DNA of 64,000 nucleotides, from contig OY969474.1 of the NCBI GenBank assembly GCA_963700145.1, positions 2,784,001 to 2,848,000 on the forward strand, read 5' to 3'. The stretch comes from an uncultured Acidobacteriota bacterium (GTDB lineage Bacteria > Acidobacteriota > Thermoanaerobaculia > Multivoradales > UBA5704). Shown piece by piece: positions 8,914 to 18,790 of this stretch. A model generated the notes under the pieces. The model worked only from the letters and a program-made list of their open reading frames with translations, had not been told where the DNA came from and made no database searches. Both the position numbers and the translations under genes were made by a program. The first letter of the stretch is position 1. Each line of letters opens with the position of its first letter.

Positions 8914-10632
8914 CTACCTGGCGCCTTTCGCGAGCGCCTTGAAGGCCCGGGTCAGCGCGTCGTTCGAGCCGTAGCCGATGCCGTCCCAGAAGGTGCAGAT
9001 GGCGTCGGTGGCCAGCTCGTTCTGCGCCGTGTGGATCGTCGCTCCGCCCTCGTTGACGAGGACGAGATAGTCGCTGCCGAAGGCCGGCCAGCTCACCGTC
9101 CCGGCAGGAGCCTGGCTCGTGGCGAAGCTCGTCCAGTAGCCTTCCATCGCCTGCGAGAGCTCCTGCTCGTTGGGGTTGAATTTGCAGCCGCATGCCGTGT
9201 CCGCGGTGTCGAAGACGTAGATCAGCTCGTCGCCGTGGCACACCTCCCCCTGACAGGCCCCGACGTGCGAGGGATTGAAGCACGTGACCTCTTCGAAGGC
9301 ATAGAGGTAGACCTTGTGGGCGTTGGGCGCCGTAGCCGCCAGGTGGCGGTTGGCGCAAGTGAACAGGTAGTCGGTGAAGATGCTCGTCAACTGCGCCCTG
9401 CAGTCCTCGCTGCCCAAGCTGCACTTGTACGGCGCCTGCTGCTTCACACTGGACTTCTGGCCGGGTAAGGGGAACATCTTCCCGAGGACGTAGTCGTACT
9501 TGACCCCGCCGAACGTCTTCTCATCGGCCAGGGCCAGGCTGACGAACAGGATGCCTTCGTCGCGGTTGGTCCCCAGGACCAGGGGCACGCCGAGCGTGCC
9601 GCTCATGGGCTCTTTCGTGAGCAGCGTGCCGTCGATCGCCGGGGTCCAGATCAACATGTCGCGCAAGCCCTTCCAGCCGCCGATCGGATCGAGGGTCTTG
9701 TCGATCTCGGCGCAGAGCAGGTCCGGCGCCGTGGCGTGACTCGCGTCCAAGCACTTCGAGCGCGTGTCGGTGCAGCCGGTGAGCCCGGTCACGACGCCGT
9801 AGTAGGTCTCCCCGATGGTCTCGGTCTGGTCCAGGGTCTTGTAGGGGATGCCCAGCGGGTTGCTCTCCATCAGGGCGGCCTTGAAGAGGCCCGCGCTCTT
9901 GCTGCTCGACAGCGCGTGCAGCCCCACCGACATGGCGCCGGCGCTCTCGCCGAAGATGGTGACGTTGGTCTTGTCGCCGCCGAAGGCGCCGATGTTGGTC
10001 TGCACCCAGTTGAGGGCCAGGAGCTGGTCGCGAAAGCCGAAGTTGTTGTTGTCGGTCGCGTCGGTGACCTGATCGAGGGCCAGGAAGCCCAGCGCGCCCA
10101 GACGGTAGTTGAGGGTGACGACCACTACGTTGCCGCTGGCGGCCAGGTGGGAGCCGTCGAAGACCGGCGCGGTCCCCGAGCCGATGACGAAGGCGCCGCC
10201 GTGGATGAAGACCATGACCGGCAGATTCGCCTGCGGATCGGGGGGGCTCCCGGGCACCCAGACGTTGAGGGTGAGGCAGTCTTCGGACTGGGTCGCCGGC
10301 AAGCTCGTCGAGACGCTCCCCGCCGTGCAGGTGAGGCCGGCCCAGGGCTGCGGGCACGTCTTGCCGTAGGCGACGGCGGAGAAGCTCCCCAACGGATCGG
10401 CCGCCACCGGGTTCTGCCAGCGCACCGGCGGCTTGGCGAAGGGGATGCCCAGGTATTCGGAGACCTTTGCCTGGCCCACCGTCTGGACGTTGCCGCAAAG
10501 GTCGCCCGCCGGCGCCGTGACGCCGGTGTTTGGGACGCAGGCGGGGGTTTGCGCCGGTGTGGCGGCGGCGGCGAGCAGTCCGAACGCGAACACGGCTAGC
10601 GCGACACCCGGTTGAATCGAGTGCATCTTCAT
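8914..10632 (-). CDS. Secreted type-B carboxylesterase/lipase
   Basis: Motifs SEDCLTLNVW, HGGAF, FGESAG, CHGDEL; signal peptide. Confidence 0.95.
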   Translation of the reverse strand: MKMHSIQPGVALAVFAFGLLAAAATPAQTPACVPNTGVTAPAGDLCGNVQTVGQAKVSEYLGIPFAKPPVRWQNPVAADPLGSFSAVAYGKTCPQPWAGLTCTAGSVSTSLPATQSEDCLTLNVWVPGSPPDPQANLPVMVFIHGGAFVIGSGTAPVFDGSHLAASGNVVVVTLNYRLGALGFLALDQVTDATDNNNFGFRDQLLALNWVQTNIGAFGGDKTNVTIFGESAGAMSVGLHALSSSKSAGLFKAALMESNPLGIPYKTLDQTETIGETYYGVVTGLTGCTDTRSKCLDASHATAPDLLCAEIDKTLDPIGGWKGLRDMLIWTPAIDGTLLTKEPMSGTLGVPLVLGTNRDEGILFVSLALADEKTFGGVKYDYVLGKMFPLPGQKSSVKQQAPYKCSLGSEDCRAQLTSIFTDYLFTCANRHLAATAPNAHKVYLYAFEEVTCFNPSHVGACQGEVCHGDELIYVFDTADTACGCKFNPNEQELSQAMEGYWTSFATSQAPAGTVSWPAFGSDYLVLVNEGGATIHTAQNELATDAICTFWDGIGYGSNDALTRAFKALAKGAR

Positions 10633-10695
10633 GGTTTCCCTCCGCTGGTTGCAAAGGATCTTAGTCTCTAAGCCGCGCCACTTGGCGGAAGGTGC

Positions 10696-10728
10696 TTGAC
10701 GGGAGGTGTAATGTAGGCTACATTACAC
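10696..10728 (+). promoter_or_regulatory. Sigma70-type promoter overlapped by a palindromic TetR-type operator
   Basis: TTGACG-N17-TACATT; perfect inverted repeat GTGTAATGTAG-G-CTACATTACAC at 10706-10728. Confidence 0.8.
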
Positions 10729-10738
10729 GCATCCGCCG

Positions 10739-11404
10739 ATGACGACCGCCCCCGTAACCCACCCGAGGACCGACCACCGCGGCGAAGCGCGCCGGAAGGC
10801 GATGCTGGAGGCCGCTTGCGAGTTGTTCCTGGAGCGCGGGTTCGGGGGCACCAGCATGGGGGACGTGGTGGCCCGCTCGGGCGGCTCCCTCGCCACGCTC
10901 TACGCCACCTTCGGCTCCAAGGAGAAGCTCTTCGAGGCCATCGTCGAGGAGGTCTCGGCGCAGCTGCTGGCGCCGCTCGACGCGCCGGAGTTCGAGTCGA
11001 AGCCGCTCGACGAGGCGCTCTGCCGGCTGGGCGAGGCCTTCCTCTCGCATCTCCTCGACCCCCAGACCTTGCGCTGGCAGCGCATGTGCGCCGCCGAAGG
11101 GCCCAAGTTCCCCGAGCTGCGCGCCGCCCTCCTCCACTCCGGCCAAGAGCGAGTGCGCGGGCGGCTCGCCGCCTACCTCGCGGCGCAGGCCGAGGCGGGG
11201 CGGCTGGCGCTCGACGACCCCCACGCCGCGGCCGTCCACTTCCTCGCCTTGGTCAAGAGCGAGGTGGGGTTCGCGGCCGTTTGCGGCGAGCCGATCGACC
11301 TGGCGCCCGAGGCGGTGCCGGGTAAGGTGCAGAGCGCCGTGGACGTCTTCCTCTACGGCTACGCCGCGCGCCGCTTCCGTTCCGGACGCACTCCCAGGAG
11401 ATGA
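10739..11404 (+). CDS. TetR/AcrR family transcriptional regulator
   Basis: HTH segment LFLERGFGGTSMGDVVARSGGSLATLYATFGSKEKLF. Confidence 0.95.
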   Translation: MTTAPVTHPRTDHRGEARRKAMLEAACELFLERGFGGTSMGDVVARSGGSLATLYATFGSKEKLFEAIVEEVSAQLLAPLDAPEFESKPLDEALCRLGEAFLSHLLDPQTLRWQRMCAAEGPKFPELRAALLHSGQERVRGRLAAYLAAQAEAGRLALDDPHAAAVHFLALVKSEVGFAAVCGEPIDLAPEAVPGKVQSAVDVFLYGYAARRFRSGRTPRR

Positions 11405-12612
11405 CGATGCCCCGATCCCGTTTCCCTGCGGCCTCCGCCGCCGCTTTCCTGTCGATCGCCGGGGCGCTCCTCGCCGCGGGCTGCGGCGACAAGTCCGCCG
11501 CTGGCGCCCCGCCGGGCGGCGCGCCGCCGCCGCCTGAGGTCACGGTGGTGACCGTGGCGCCGCGCACGGTGGCGGTCCCCTACGAGTTCAACGGCCGCGT
11601 CGAGGGCTCGCGCGAGGTCGAGGTGCACGCGCGCGTCTCCGGCATCCTGCTGCGGCGGAGCTACGAGGAGGGGCGGGCGGTGCGCCAGGGGCAGACGCTC
11701 TTCGTCATCGATCCGGCCCCCTACCGCGCCGAGGTGCAGGCGGTCGCCGCCGACCTCGCCGAGGAGAAGGCCCGCCTCTCTCGCGCCGAGCGCGAGGTGG
11801 CGCGGTTGAAGCCGCTGATCGAGGAGCGCGCGGTCTCCCGCCGCGAGTACGACAACGCGGTGTCCACCGCCGAGGAGGCGCGCGCCGCGGTGCAATCGGC
11901 GCAGGCCCGCCTCGCCCAGGCGCGGCTCGACCTCTCCTACACCACCGTCGCCGCGCCGATCTCCGGCGCCTCCAGCCGCGCCGAGCACTCGGAAGGCTCG
12001 CTCGTCGGCCCGGGGGCGGCGAGCCTCCTGACGCGCATCTCGCGGGTGCAGCCGATCTGGGTGAGCTTCAGCGCCTCCGACCAGGTGCTTTCGGGACTGC
12101 GCCGGGCGGTGGCCGCGAAGGAGGTGGTCAGCCCGGCCACCAATCAGCTCGAAGTCGAGCTCGTCCTCGCCGACGACTCGGTCCACCCCGAGCGCGGCCG
12201 GGTCAACTTCTCCGACTCGCTGATCGACAGCGCCACCGGCTCGGTCGAGCTGCGCGCCGAGCTGCCGAACGCGGCCGGCGACCTGATCCCCGGCCAGTTC
12301 GTGCGCGTGCGCCTGCTCGGCATCGAGCGGCCGAACGCGATCCTGGTGCCGCAGCGCGCGGTGCAGCAGGGGCAGGAAGGGAAGTTCGTCTACGTCGTCG
12401 GCGCCGACGGCAAGGCCGTGGTGCGCCCGGTCACCGTCGGCGACTGGCTGGGCAGGGACTGGATCGTCGAGTCGGGGCTCGCCGCCGGCGACCGGGTGAT
12501 CGTCGACGGCGCCCTCAAGGTGGCGCCCGGCGCGCCGGTCCAGGTGGTGGACGCCGCCGCGATGCCGGCAGGCGTACCCGGGGCCGCGAAGGCCGCCGGC
12601 GCAGGGCACTGA
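11401..12612 (+). CDS. RND efflux periplasmic adaptor (lipoprotein)
   Basis: Lipobox LAAGC; motifs VHARVSG, APISG, LIPGQFV. Confidence 0.95.
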   Translation: MTMPRSRFPAASAAAFLSIAGALLAAGCGDKSAAGAPPGGAPPPPEVTVVTVAPRTVAVPYEFNGRVEGSREVEVHARVSGILLRRSYEEGRAVRQGQTLFVIDPAPYRAEVQAVAADLAEEKARLSRAEREVARLKPLIEERAVSRREYDNAVSTAEEARAAVQSAQARLAQARLDLSYTTVAAPISGASSRAEHSEGSLVGPGAASLLTRISRVQPIWVSFSASDQVLSGLRRAVAAKEVVSPATNQLEVELVLADDSVHPERGRVNFSDSLIDSATGSVELRAELPNAAGDLIPGQFVRVRLLGIERPNAILVPQRAVQQGQEGKFVYVVGADGKAVVRPVTVGDWLGRDWIVESGLAAGDRVIVDGALKVAPGAPVQVVDAAAMPAGVPGAAKAAGAGH

Positions 12613-12627
12613 GCGAGGAGCGCGCGC

Positions 12628-15600
12628 ATGTTCTCCCACTTCTTCATCCGCCGCCCGATCTTCGCCAGCGTCGTCTCGATCGTCATCGTGCTCGCCGGGC
12701 TGGCGGCGATCTTCAACCTCCCCGTGGCGCAGTACCCGGAGATCTCGCCGCCGGTCGTGTCGGTGACCGCCTTCTACCCCGGCGCCACCGCCGAGGCGCT
12801 GCAGAAGACGGTCGCGGCGCCGATCGAGGAGCAGATCAACGGCGTCGAGGGGATGCAGTACATCCAGTCGATCTCGACCTCCAGCGGCCTGGTCTCGACG
12901 GTCGTCACCTTCGCCGTCGGCACCGACATCGACTTGGCCGCCAACAACGTCTCGAACCGCGTGCGGCTCGCCGAGCCGGGCCTCCCCGAGGAGGTGCGGC
13001 GCAACGGCGTGACGGTGCAGAAGCAGAACTCGAACTTCATCCAGATCGTCACCCTGACCTCGCCCGACGGCCGCTGGGACGAGGTCTTCCTCTCCAACTA
13101 CACCTCGCTGAACCTGCTCGAGCCGCTCAAGCGCGTGCCCGGGGTCGGCGACGTCCAGATCTTCGGCGGCCGCGACTACTCGATGCGCCTCTGGCTGCGC
13201 CCCGACATCCTCGCCGAGTACGGCCTGACCACCGCCGACGTCGCCCGCGCCGTGCGCGAGCAGAACGCCCAGTTCGCGGTCGGCAAGGTCGGCCAGCAGC
13301 CGGCGAGCCCCGACCTCGAGCTCACCTACACGGTGACCGCCGAGGACCGCCTGGCCGAGCCCGAGCAGTTCGCGGACATCGTGCTGCGCTCCGACCCCAG
13401 TGGCAAGCAGCTCCGCCTGGGGGACGTGGCGCGCGTCGAGCTCGGCGCCCGCGACTACGACACCGAGACGCGCCTCGACGGCAAGAAGGCGATCTTCCTC
13501 GGCGTCTTCCTCCAGCCCGGCGCCAACGCCCTGGCCACCGCGCACGGTATCCAGCAGGAGATGGCAACGCTCGCCGCGCGCTTCCCGGCGGGGGTCGAGT
13601 ACGCGCTCCCCTTCGACACCACGCGCTTCGTCGAGGTGTCGATCGAGGAGGTGGTCAAGACGCTGCTGATCGCGATGGTCCTGGTCTTCGCCGTCGTCTA
13701 CCTGTTCCTCCAGAGCTTCCGCGCCACGCTGATCCCGATGGTGGCGGTGCCGGTGTCGCTGATCGGCACCTTCGCCGGCATGTTCGCTCTCGGCTTCTCG
13801 ATCAACACCCTGACCCTCTTCGGCCTGGTGCTGGCGATCGGCATCGTCGTCGACGACGCCATCGTCGTGCTCGAGAACACCGAGCGCATCATGGCGACCG
13901 AGGGCAAAAGCGCGCGCGAGGCGGCGTTCGAGTCGATGACCCAGGTCACCGGGCCGGTGGTGGCGATCGTCCTCGTCCTCTGCTCGGTCTTCGTCCCGGT
14001 CGCCTTCCTGGGCGGCCTGGCCGGCCAGCTCTACCGGCAGTTCGCGATCACCGTCGCGATGTCGGTGGCGATCTCGGGGCTCGTGGCGCTGACCCTGACG
14101 CCGGCGCTCTGCGCGCTCATCCTCCGTCACCGCCACGAGCCGCGCGGCCCCTTCGCCCTCTTCAACCGCTGGTTCGAGAAGGGCACCGGCGGCTTCGTCG
14201 GGGCGGTGCGCTTCCTGCTCCGGCGGCCGGTCGTCGGCCTGGGGCTCTTCCTCCTCGTGCTCCTCGCCGCCTTCGGGCTCTTCCGGCTGGTGCCGGGGAG
14301 CCTGGTGCCGCCGGAGGACCAGGGCTACTTCATCGCCGCGGCGCTCTTGCCCGACGGCGCGACGCTGCCGCGCACCCGCGCCGTCACCGACCGGATCGAG
14401 AAGGTCCTGCTCGCCGACCCGGCGGTCGAGGACGTGGGGTCGATCATCGGCATCGACTTCGTCGGCGGCGGCAGCAACAGCGCGGTGTCGACGATGTTCG
14501 TGATCCTGAAGAAGTGGGACGAGCGCACCGGCGAGGGCCTCGACCTCGACACCACCCTCGGCCGCTTCTACATGCAGACCGCGGGCATCCGCGAGGCGAT
14601 GGTCTTCGCCTTCAACCCGCCGGCGATCCAGGGGCTCGGCACGACCGGCGGCTTCGAGGTCTACGTGCAGAGCCGCGGCGAGTCCGATACCGCGCGCCTC
14701 GCGGCGGTGACGCAGGAGCTCCTCGGGAAGCTCAACCAGGACCCGCGCTTCGCCGGCGTGCGCACCCTCTTCCGCGCCAACACGCCGCAGATTAACGTCA
14801 AGCTCGACCGCGAGAAGGCCAAGGCGCTCGGGGTCTCGGTGGACGAGGTCTTCAGCACGCTCCAGGCGGCCTTCGGCAGCCTCTACGTCAACGACTTCAA
14901 CAAGAGCGGCCGCGTCTTCCGCGTGCAGCTCCAGGCGGAGGCCCCGTTCCGTTCGCGGCCCGAGGACCTGACCAAGCTCTACGTGCGCGCCGACAGCGGC
15001 GCCATGGTGCAGCTCGGCTCGCTCATCCGGCTCGAGTACGGCGCCGGCGCCGAGACCCTCGAGCGCTACAACCTCTACCCCTCGATCAAGCTGCTCGGCG
15101 CGCCGGCGCCGGGCAAGAGCTCGGCCGAGGCGATCGCCGCCGTCGAGGAGATCGCGGCGCGCGAGCTGCCGCCCGACTTCGGCATCGCCTGGACCGGCAG
15201 CGCCCTCGAGGAGAAGAAGGTCGGCGGCTCCTCGGCGCAGGTGCTGCTGCTCGGCATGGTCTTCGCCTTCCTGATCCTCGCCGCGCAGTACGAGAAGTGG
15301 TCGCTGCCGCTGGCGGTCCTGCTGTCGGTGCCGTTCGCCTTCCTGGGCGCTCTGCTCGCCGTCTGGGTGCGCGGCATGCCGAACGACGTCTACTTCCAGA
15401 TCGGTCTGGTGACGCTGGTCGGCCTGGCGGCCAAGAACGCGATCCTGATCGTCGAGTTCGCGGCCCAGGAGCGCGAGCGCGGCAAGACCATCCTGGAGGC
15501 GGCGCTCGAGGCGGCGCGCCTGCGCTTCCGGCCGATCGTCATGACCTCGCTCGCCTTCATCCTCGGCGTGCTGCCGCTCGCCTTCTCCTCGGGCGCCGGC

Positions 15601-15786
15601 GCCGCGGCGCGCCGCTCGATGGGCACCGGCGTCTTCGGCGGCATGCTCGCGGCGACCCTCCTCGGCGTCGCCTTCGTGCCGCTCTTCTTCCGCTGGGTCT
15701 CGGGCCGCGACCCGGAGCCCGAAGAGGCGGCGCTGTCCGAGCCCGAGGTCGAAGAGGAGCGGGAAGAAGAGAGGAGCGCCGCGTGA
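12628..15786 (+). CDS. HAE1-type multidrug RND permease (AcrB-like)
   Basis: Motifs FIRRPIFA, GIVVDDAIVVLEN, AKNAILIVEFA, RFRPIVMTS. Confidence 0.97.
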   Translation: MFSHFFIRRPIFASVVSIVIVLAGLAAIFNLPVAQYPEISPPVVSVTAFYPGATAEALQKTVAAPIEEQINGVEGMQYIQSISTSSGLVSTVVTFAVGTDIDLAANNVSNRVRLAEPGLPEEVRRNGVTVQKQNSNFIQIVTLTSPDGRWDEVFLSNYTSLNLLEPLKRVPGVGDVQIFGGRDYSMRLWLRPDILAEYGLTTADVARAVREQNAQFAVGKVGQQPASPDLELTYTVTAEDRLAEPEQFADIVLRSDPSGKQLRLGDVARVELGARDYDTETRLDGKKAIFLGVFLQPGANALATAHGIQQEMATLAARFPAGVEYALPFDTTRFVEVSIEEVVKTLLIAMVLVFAVVYLFLQSFRATLIPMVAVPVSLIGTFAGMFALGFSINTLTLFGLVLAIGIVVDDAIVVLENTERIMATEGKSAREAAFESMTQVTGPVVAIVLVLCSVFVPVAFLGGLAGQLYRQFAITVAMSVAISGLVALTLTPALCALILRHRHEPRGPFALFNRWFEKGTGGFVGAVRFLLRRPVVGLGLFLLVLLAAFGLFRLVPGSLVPPEDQGYFIAAALLPDGATLPRTRAVTDRIEKVLLADPAVEDVGSIIGIDFVGGGSNSAVSTMFVILKKWDERTGEGLDLDTTLGRFYMQTAGIREAMVFAFNPPAIQGLGTTGGFEVYVQSRGESDTARLAAVTQELLGKLNQDPRFAGVRTLFRANTPQINVKLDREKAKALGVSVDEVFSTLQAAFGSLYVNDFNKSGRVFRVQLQAEAPFRSRPEDLTKLYVRADSGAMVQLGSLIRLEYGAGAETLERYNLYPSIKLLGAPAPGKSSAEAIAAVEEIAARELPPDFGIAWTGSALEEKKVGGSSAQVLLLGMVFAFLILAAQYEKWSLPLAVLLSVPFAFLGALLAVWVRGMPNDVYFQIGLVTLVGLAAKNAILIVEFAAQERERGKTILEAALEAARLRFRPIVMTSLAFILGVLPLAFSSGAGAAARRSMGTGVFGGMLAATLLGVAFVPLFFRWVSGRDPEPEEAALSEPEVEEEREEERSAA

Positions 15787-17195
15787 GCCGGCCTCGCCGT
15801 CTCGCGCTCGCCGCGTTCGTTGCGCTCCCTCTAGCCGCCTGTACGGCGCTGGGGCCCGACTACGCGCGGCCCGAGCTGCCGCTGCCGGAGGCCTACTCCG
15901 CGGCGGCGGCCGCGGCGGCGGCGCTGCCCGACCGCTGGTGGAGCCTCTTCGGCGACCCGGCGCTCGACCGCCTGGTGACCGAGGCGCTCGGCGCCAACCA
16001 GGACCTCGCCGAGGCCGCGGCGCGGGTCGAGGAGGCGCGCGCCCTGGCCGGGATCGCCCGCGCCGACCGCTACCCGGAGGTCACCGGCACCGTCGGCAGC
16101 TCGCGCACGCGGCTGTCGAAAGAGACGCTGAACCTGCCGCCCGAGGTGGTCATCCCGCTCGAGATCGACCGCTACCGCGCCGCCGCCAACATCTCCTACG
16201 AGCTGGACTTCTGGGGGCGGCTGCGCCGTCTCGCCGAGGCGGCGCGCGCCGAGCTCCTGGCGAGCGAGGAGGGGCGGCGCAACGTCGAGCTGGCGCTGGT
16301 CTCCGAGGTGACGGCCGCCTACTTCGACCTCCTCGCCTTCGACCACCAGCTCTCGATCGTACGCGAGACCCTCGGCTCGCGCGGCGAGTCGGTGCGTCTC
16401 CAGAGGCTGCGCTTCGAGCACGGCACGATCTCCGAGCTCGACCTGGCGCAGGCCGAGGCCGAGCTGGCCGCCACCGAAGCGACGGTGCCGGCGCTGGAGC
16501 GCGCGGTGCGGCAGACCGAGGACCGGCTGGCGGTGCTGCTGGGGCGGATCGGCGGCACCGTCGAGCGCGGCGGGGCGCTCTCGGGCGTGGCGCCGCCGGC
16601 GGTGCCGGTGGGGCTGCCGTCGGCGCTCCTGGCGCGGCGGCCGGACGTCCTCGCCGCCGAGCAGCGGCTGGCGGCGGCCAACGCGCGGATCGGCGCCGCC
16701 CGCGCCGCCTACTTCCCGTCGATCTCGCTCACCGGCTACGCCGGCACCGAGAGCGCCGAGCTGGCCAGCCTCTTCGCCTCCGGCACCGGCGTCTGGCAGG
16801 CGGCGCTGGGCCTCGTCGAGCCGATCTTCAACGCCGGCCGGACCCGCCGCCAGGTGGAGGCCGCGCGCGCCCGCGAGCGGCAGGCGCTCGCCGCCTACAC
16901 CAAGGCGGTGCAGAGCGCCTTCGCCGAGGTCGAGGACGCCCTGGTCGCCCGCCGCACCGGCGCCGAGGAGCGCGCCGTGCTGGCGCGGCAGGTCGAGGCC
17001 CTCACCCGCGCCCGCCGCCTCGCCGGGCTGCGCTACGAGGCCGGCGAGTCCTCCTATCTCGAAGTGCTCGACGCCGAGCGCAGCCTCTTCCGCGCCGAGC
17101 TCGAGCTCTCCCGCGCCCAGCGCAGCGAGCTGGACGCCGCGGTCGACCTGATGCGCGCCTTGGGCGGCGGCTGGGAGCCGACGCCGTCGCCTTGA
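15783..17195 (+). CDS. RND outer-membrane lipoprotein (NodT/OprM-like)
   Basis: GTG overlaps the permease stop; LAACTALGPDY, SYELDFWGR, RRPDV, ALGGGW. Confidence 0.95.
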   Translation: MSRPRRLALAAFVALPLAACTALGPDYARPELPLPEAYSAAAAAAAALPDRWWSLFGDPALDRLVTEALGANQDLAEAAARVEEARALAGIARADRYPEVTGTVGSSRTRLSKETLNLPPEVVIPLEIDRYRAAANISYELDFWGRLRRLAEAARAELLASEEGRRNVELALVSEVTAAYFDLLAFDHQLSIVRETLGSRGESVRLQRLRFEHGTISELDLAQAEAELAATEATVPALERAVRQTEDRLAVLLGRIGGTVERGGALSGVAPPAVPVGLPSALLARRPDVLAAEQRLAAANARIGAARAAYFPSISLTGYAGTESAELASLFASGTGVWQAALGLVEPIFNAGRTRRQVEAARARERQALAAYTKAVQSAFAEVEDALVARRTGAEERAVLARQVEALTRARRLAGLRYEAGESSYLEVLDAERSLFRAELELSRAQRSELDAAVDLMRALGGGWEPTPSP

Positions 17196-17827
17196 GCCGC
17201 GCGAGCCGCGCGGGGCACGCCGAGCCGGCCCCGGGCTACCTTCAGCCCTACCACGACGCTCATCGACGCCGCGCCCAGGGCGCCGAGGCGCTCCTCTACC
17301 CCGACCGGCGCAGCCAGTTCGTGCGGCTGGAGGCGATCGTGCGGCACTGCCCGCTCGCCGGCTTGCACGTCCTCGACGCCGGCTGCGGCCGCGCCGAGCT
17401 GCTTGGGCTGCTGCTGGCGCGCGATCTCGCGCCCGCCCACTACGCCGGCCTCGAAGCGCTCCCCTGGCTCGCCCGCGCCGCCCGGCGGCAGCGCTACCCG
17501 CGCTGCACGATCGTCGAGGCCGACTTCGTGCGCCAGCCGGAACGGCTGCGCGCCGGCGCCGACGCCATCGTCTTCTCGGGGTCGCTGAACCTGCTGCCGT
17601 CGCGGCAGTTCTACCGCACGCTGCGCGCGGCGTGGGCCGCGACCAACCGCTGGCTCGCCTTCAACTACCTCTGCTCACCGGTCGAGGCCGGCGACCCGTG
17701 GCTCCACTGGCACCGCCGCCGGACGGTCCACGACTTCGTCCGCCGCACGGGCGCAGAGTTCCGGGTCTACGAGGGCTACGCCGACGGCGGCGACTGCACG
17801 GTCGTCATGCGTCGGCGTCGCGGCTAG
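17192..17827 (+). CDS. Class I SAM-dependent methyltransferase
   Basis: VLDAGCGRAE motif I; TTG start overlapping the upstream stop (start uncertain). Confidence 0.8.
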   Translation: MSRASRAGHAEPAPGYLQPYHDAHRRRAQGAEALLYPDRRSQFVRLEAIVRHCPLAGLHVLDAGCGRAELLGLLLARDLAPAHYAGLEALPWLARAARRQRYPRCTIVEADFVRQPERLRAGADAIVFSGSLNLLPSRQFYRTLRAAWAATNRWLAFNYLCSPVEAGDPWLHWHRRRTVHDFVRRTGAEFRVYEGYADGGDCTVVMRRRRG

Positions 17828-17855
17828 GCGCGAAGGCCTTCGCGCCGGGCTCCAA

Positions 17856-18785
17856 TCAATCGTCGGACGGCGCGGGGCGCTCTCCCTCCTCTTCCTCCCA
17901 CTGCCGCAAGAGTGCCGCGGCACGCGCCCGCCGCCGCCGCGCCGCCCAGAGGGCCAGCGCGGCGATGGCGAGCCAGAGCGTCAGCGAGCTGGTGAGGAGC
18001 GGCAGCCAGCGGTTGAGCAGGTCGTGCCGCCGCCAGAAGGCCGCCTCCGCCGAGGCCAGCGGCTCGCCGGTGGCGCGCGCGAAGGCCTCTTCGAAGGGCA
18101 GGCCGCGCGCCGCCTCGGCGAGCACCGCGGCCGGCGCCCCCTGGCCGTGGCGCTGCAGCAGCGATCGCACGAAAGCGGCCGAGAAGGCGTAGGCGCGCGT
18201 GACCTCGGCGGGGCCGCCGGCGAAGCGGCGGTCGAGGCCGGCGAGCCCGCCGCGCTCGCGGTCCAGCCGTACCAGGCGCGAGCGGTCCGCGAGGCCCCAC
18301 GAGCCGCCCGCCACCGTCGCCAGCCCCTCGTGGAACCAGCGCGGCAGCGCCGCCCCTCCGGCGGCGCGGTCGATCAGGACGTGCGCCACCTCGTGGCCCA
18401 AGAGCTCCTCGAGCGAGCCGTCGGGGTAGGAGGGCGTGCGCGCCGGAAAGAGCACCACCGGCCCGCGGGCCCCGAGCGCGTACCCCGCCACCCAGGAGGG
18501 CGCCGAGCGCGCCACCGGCGACCCTTCGGCGGCCAGCAGCACGCGGATCGGCGGCCCCGGCTCGTCGAGCCCGACGAGACGCATGGCGCTCTCGATGCGC
18601 GCCGGCGGCAGGCGGGCGAGCTCGGCGGCCCGGCCCGCCAGTTCGGGAGGCGCCTCGAACTGCAAGCGCGGCGGGACGGCCGCGGCGGCAGCGGCGTAGC
18701 CAAACAGCGCTACGCATGTCATCCCGAGCGCAGCGAGGGATCTGGGCGGGGGAGGCCTGCGCCGGAACAAGGGGCTGCCGGTCAA
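17856..18785 (-). CDS. Membrane-anchored zincin-like (peptidase MA-like) protein
   Basis: HEVAH...LPRWFHEGLA; C-terminal TM. Start is TTG 18785 or ATG 18722. Confidence 0.8.
   Translation of the reverse strand: MTGSPLFRRRPPPPRSLAALGMTCVALFGYAAAAAAVPPRLQFEAPPELAGRAAELARLPPARIESAMRLVGLDEPGPPIRVLLAAEGSPVARSAPSWVAGYALGARGPVVLFPARTPSYPDGSLEELLGHEVAHVLIDRAAGGAALPRWFHEGLATVAGGSWGLADRSRLVRLDRERGGLAGLDRRFAGGPAEVTRAYAFSAAFVRSLLQRHGQGAPAAVLAEAARGLPFEEAFARATGEPLASAEAAFWRRHDLLNRWLPLLTSSLTLWLAIAALALWAARRRRARAAALLRQWEEEEGERPAPSDD
18717..18743. repeat. REP-like palindromic element
   Basis: TGTCATCCCGAGCGCAGCGAGGGATCT with ATCCC...GGGAT arms; resembles the widespread GTCATCC(C/T)GAGCG-type REP class. Confidence 0.6.
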
Positions 18786-18790
18786 CCCGG

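Noticed and set aside
8768-11083. Diversity-generating retroelement TR/VR pair
   Set aside because: Differences are mostly synonymous C/G changes, not adenine-specific, and no reverse transcriptase is present.
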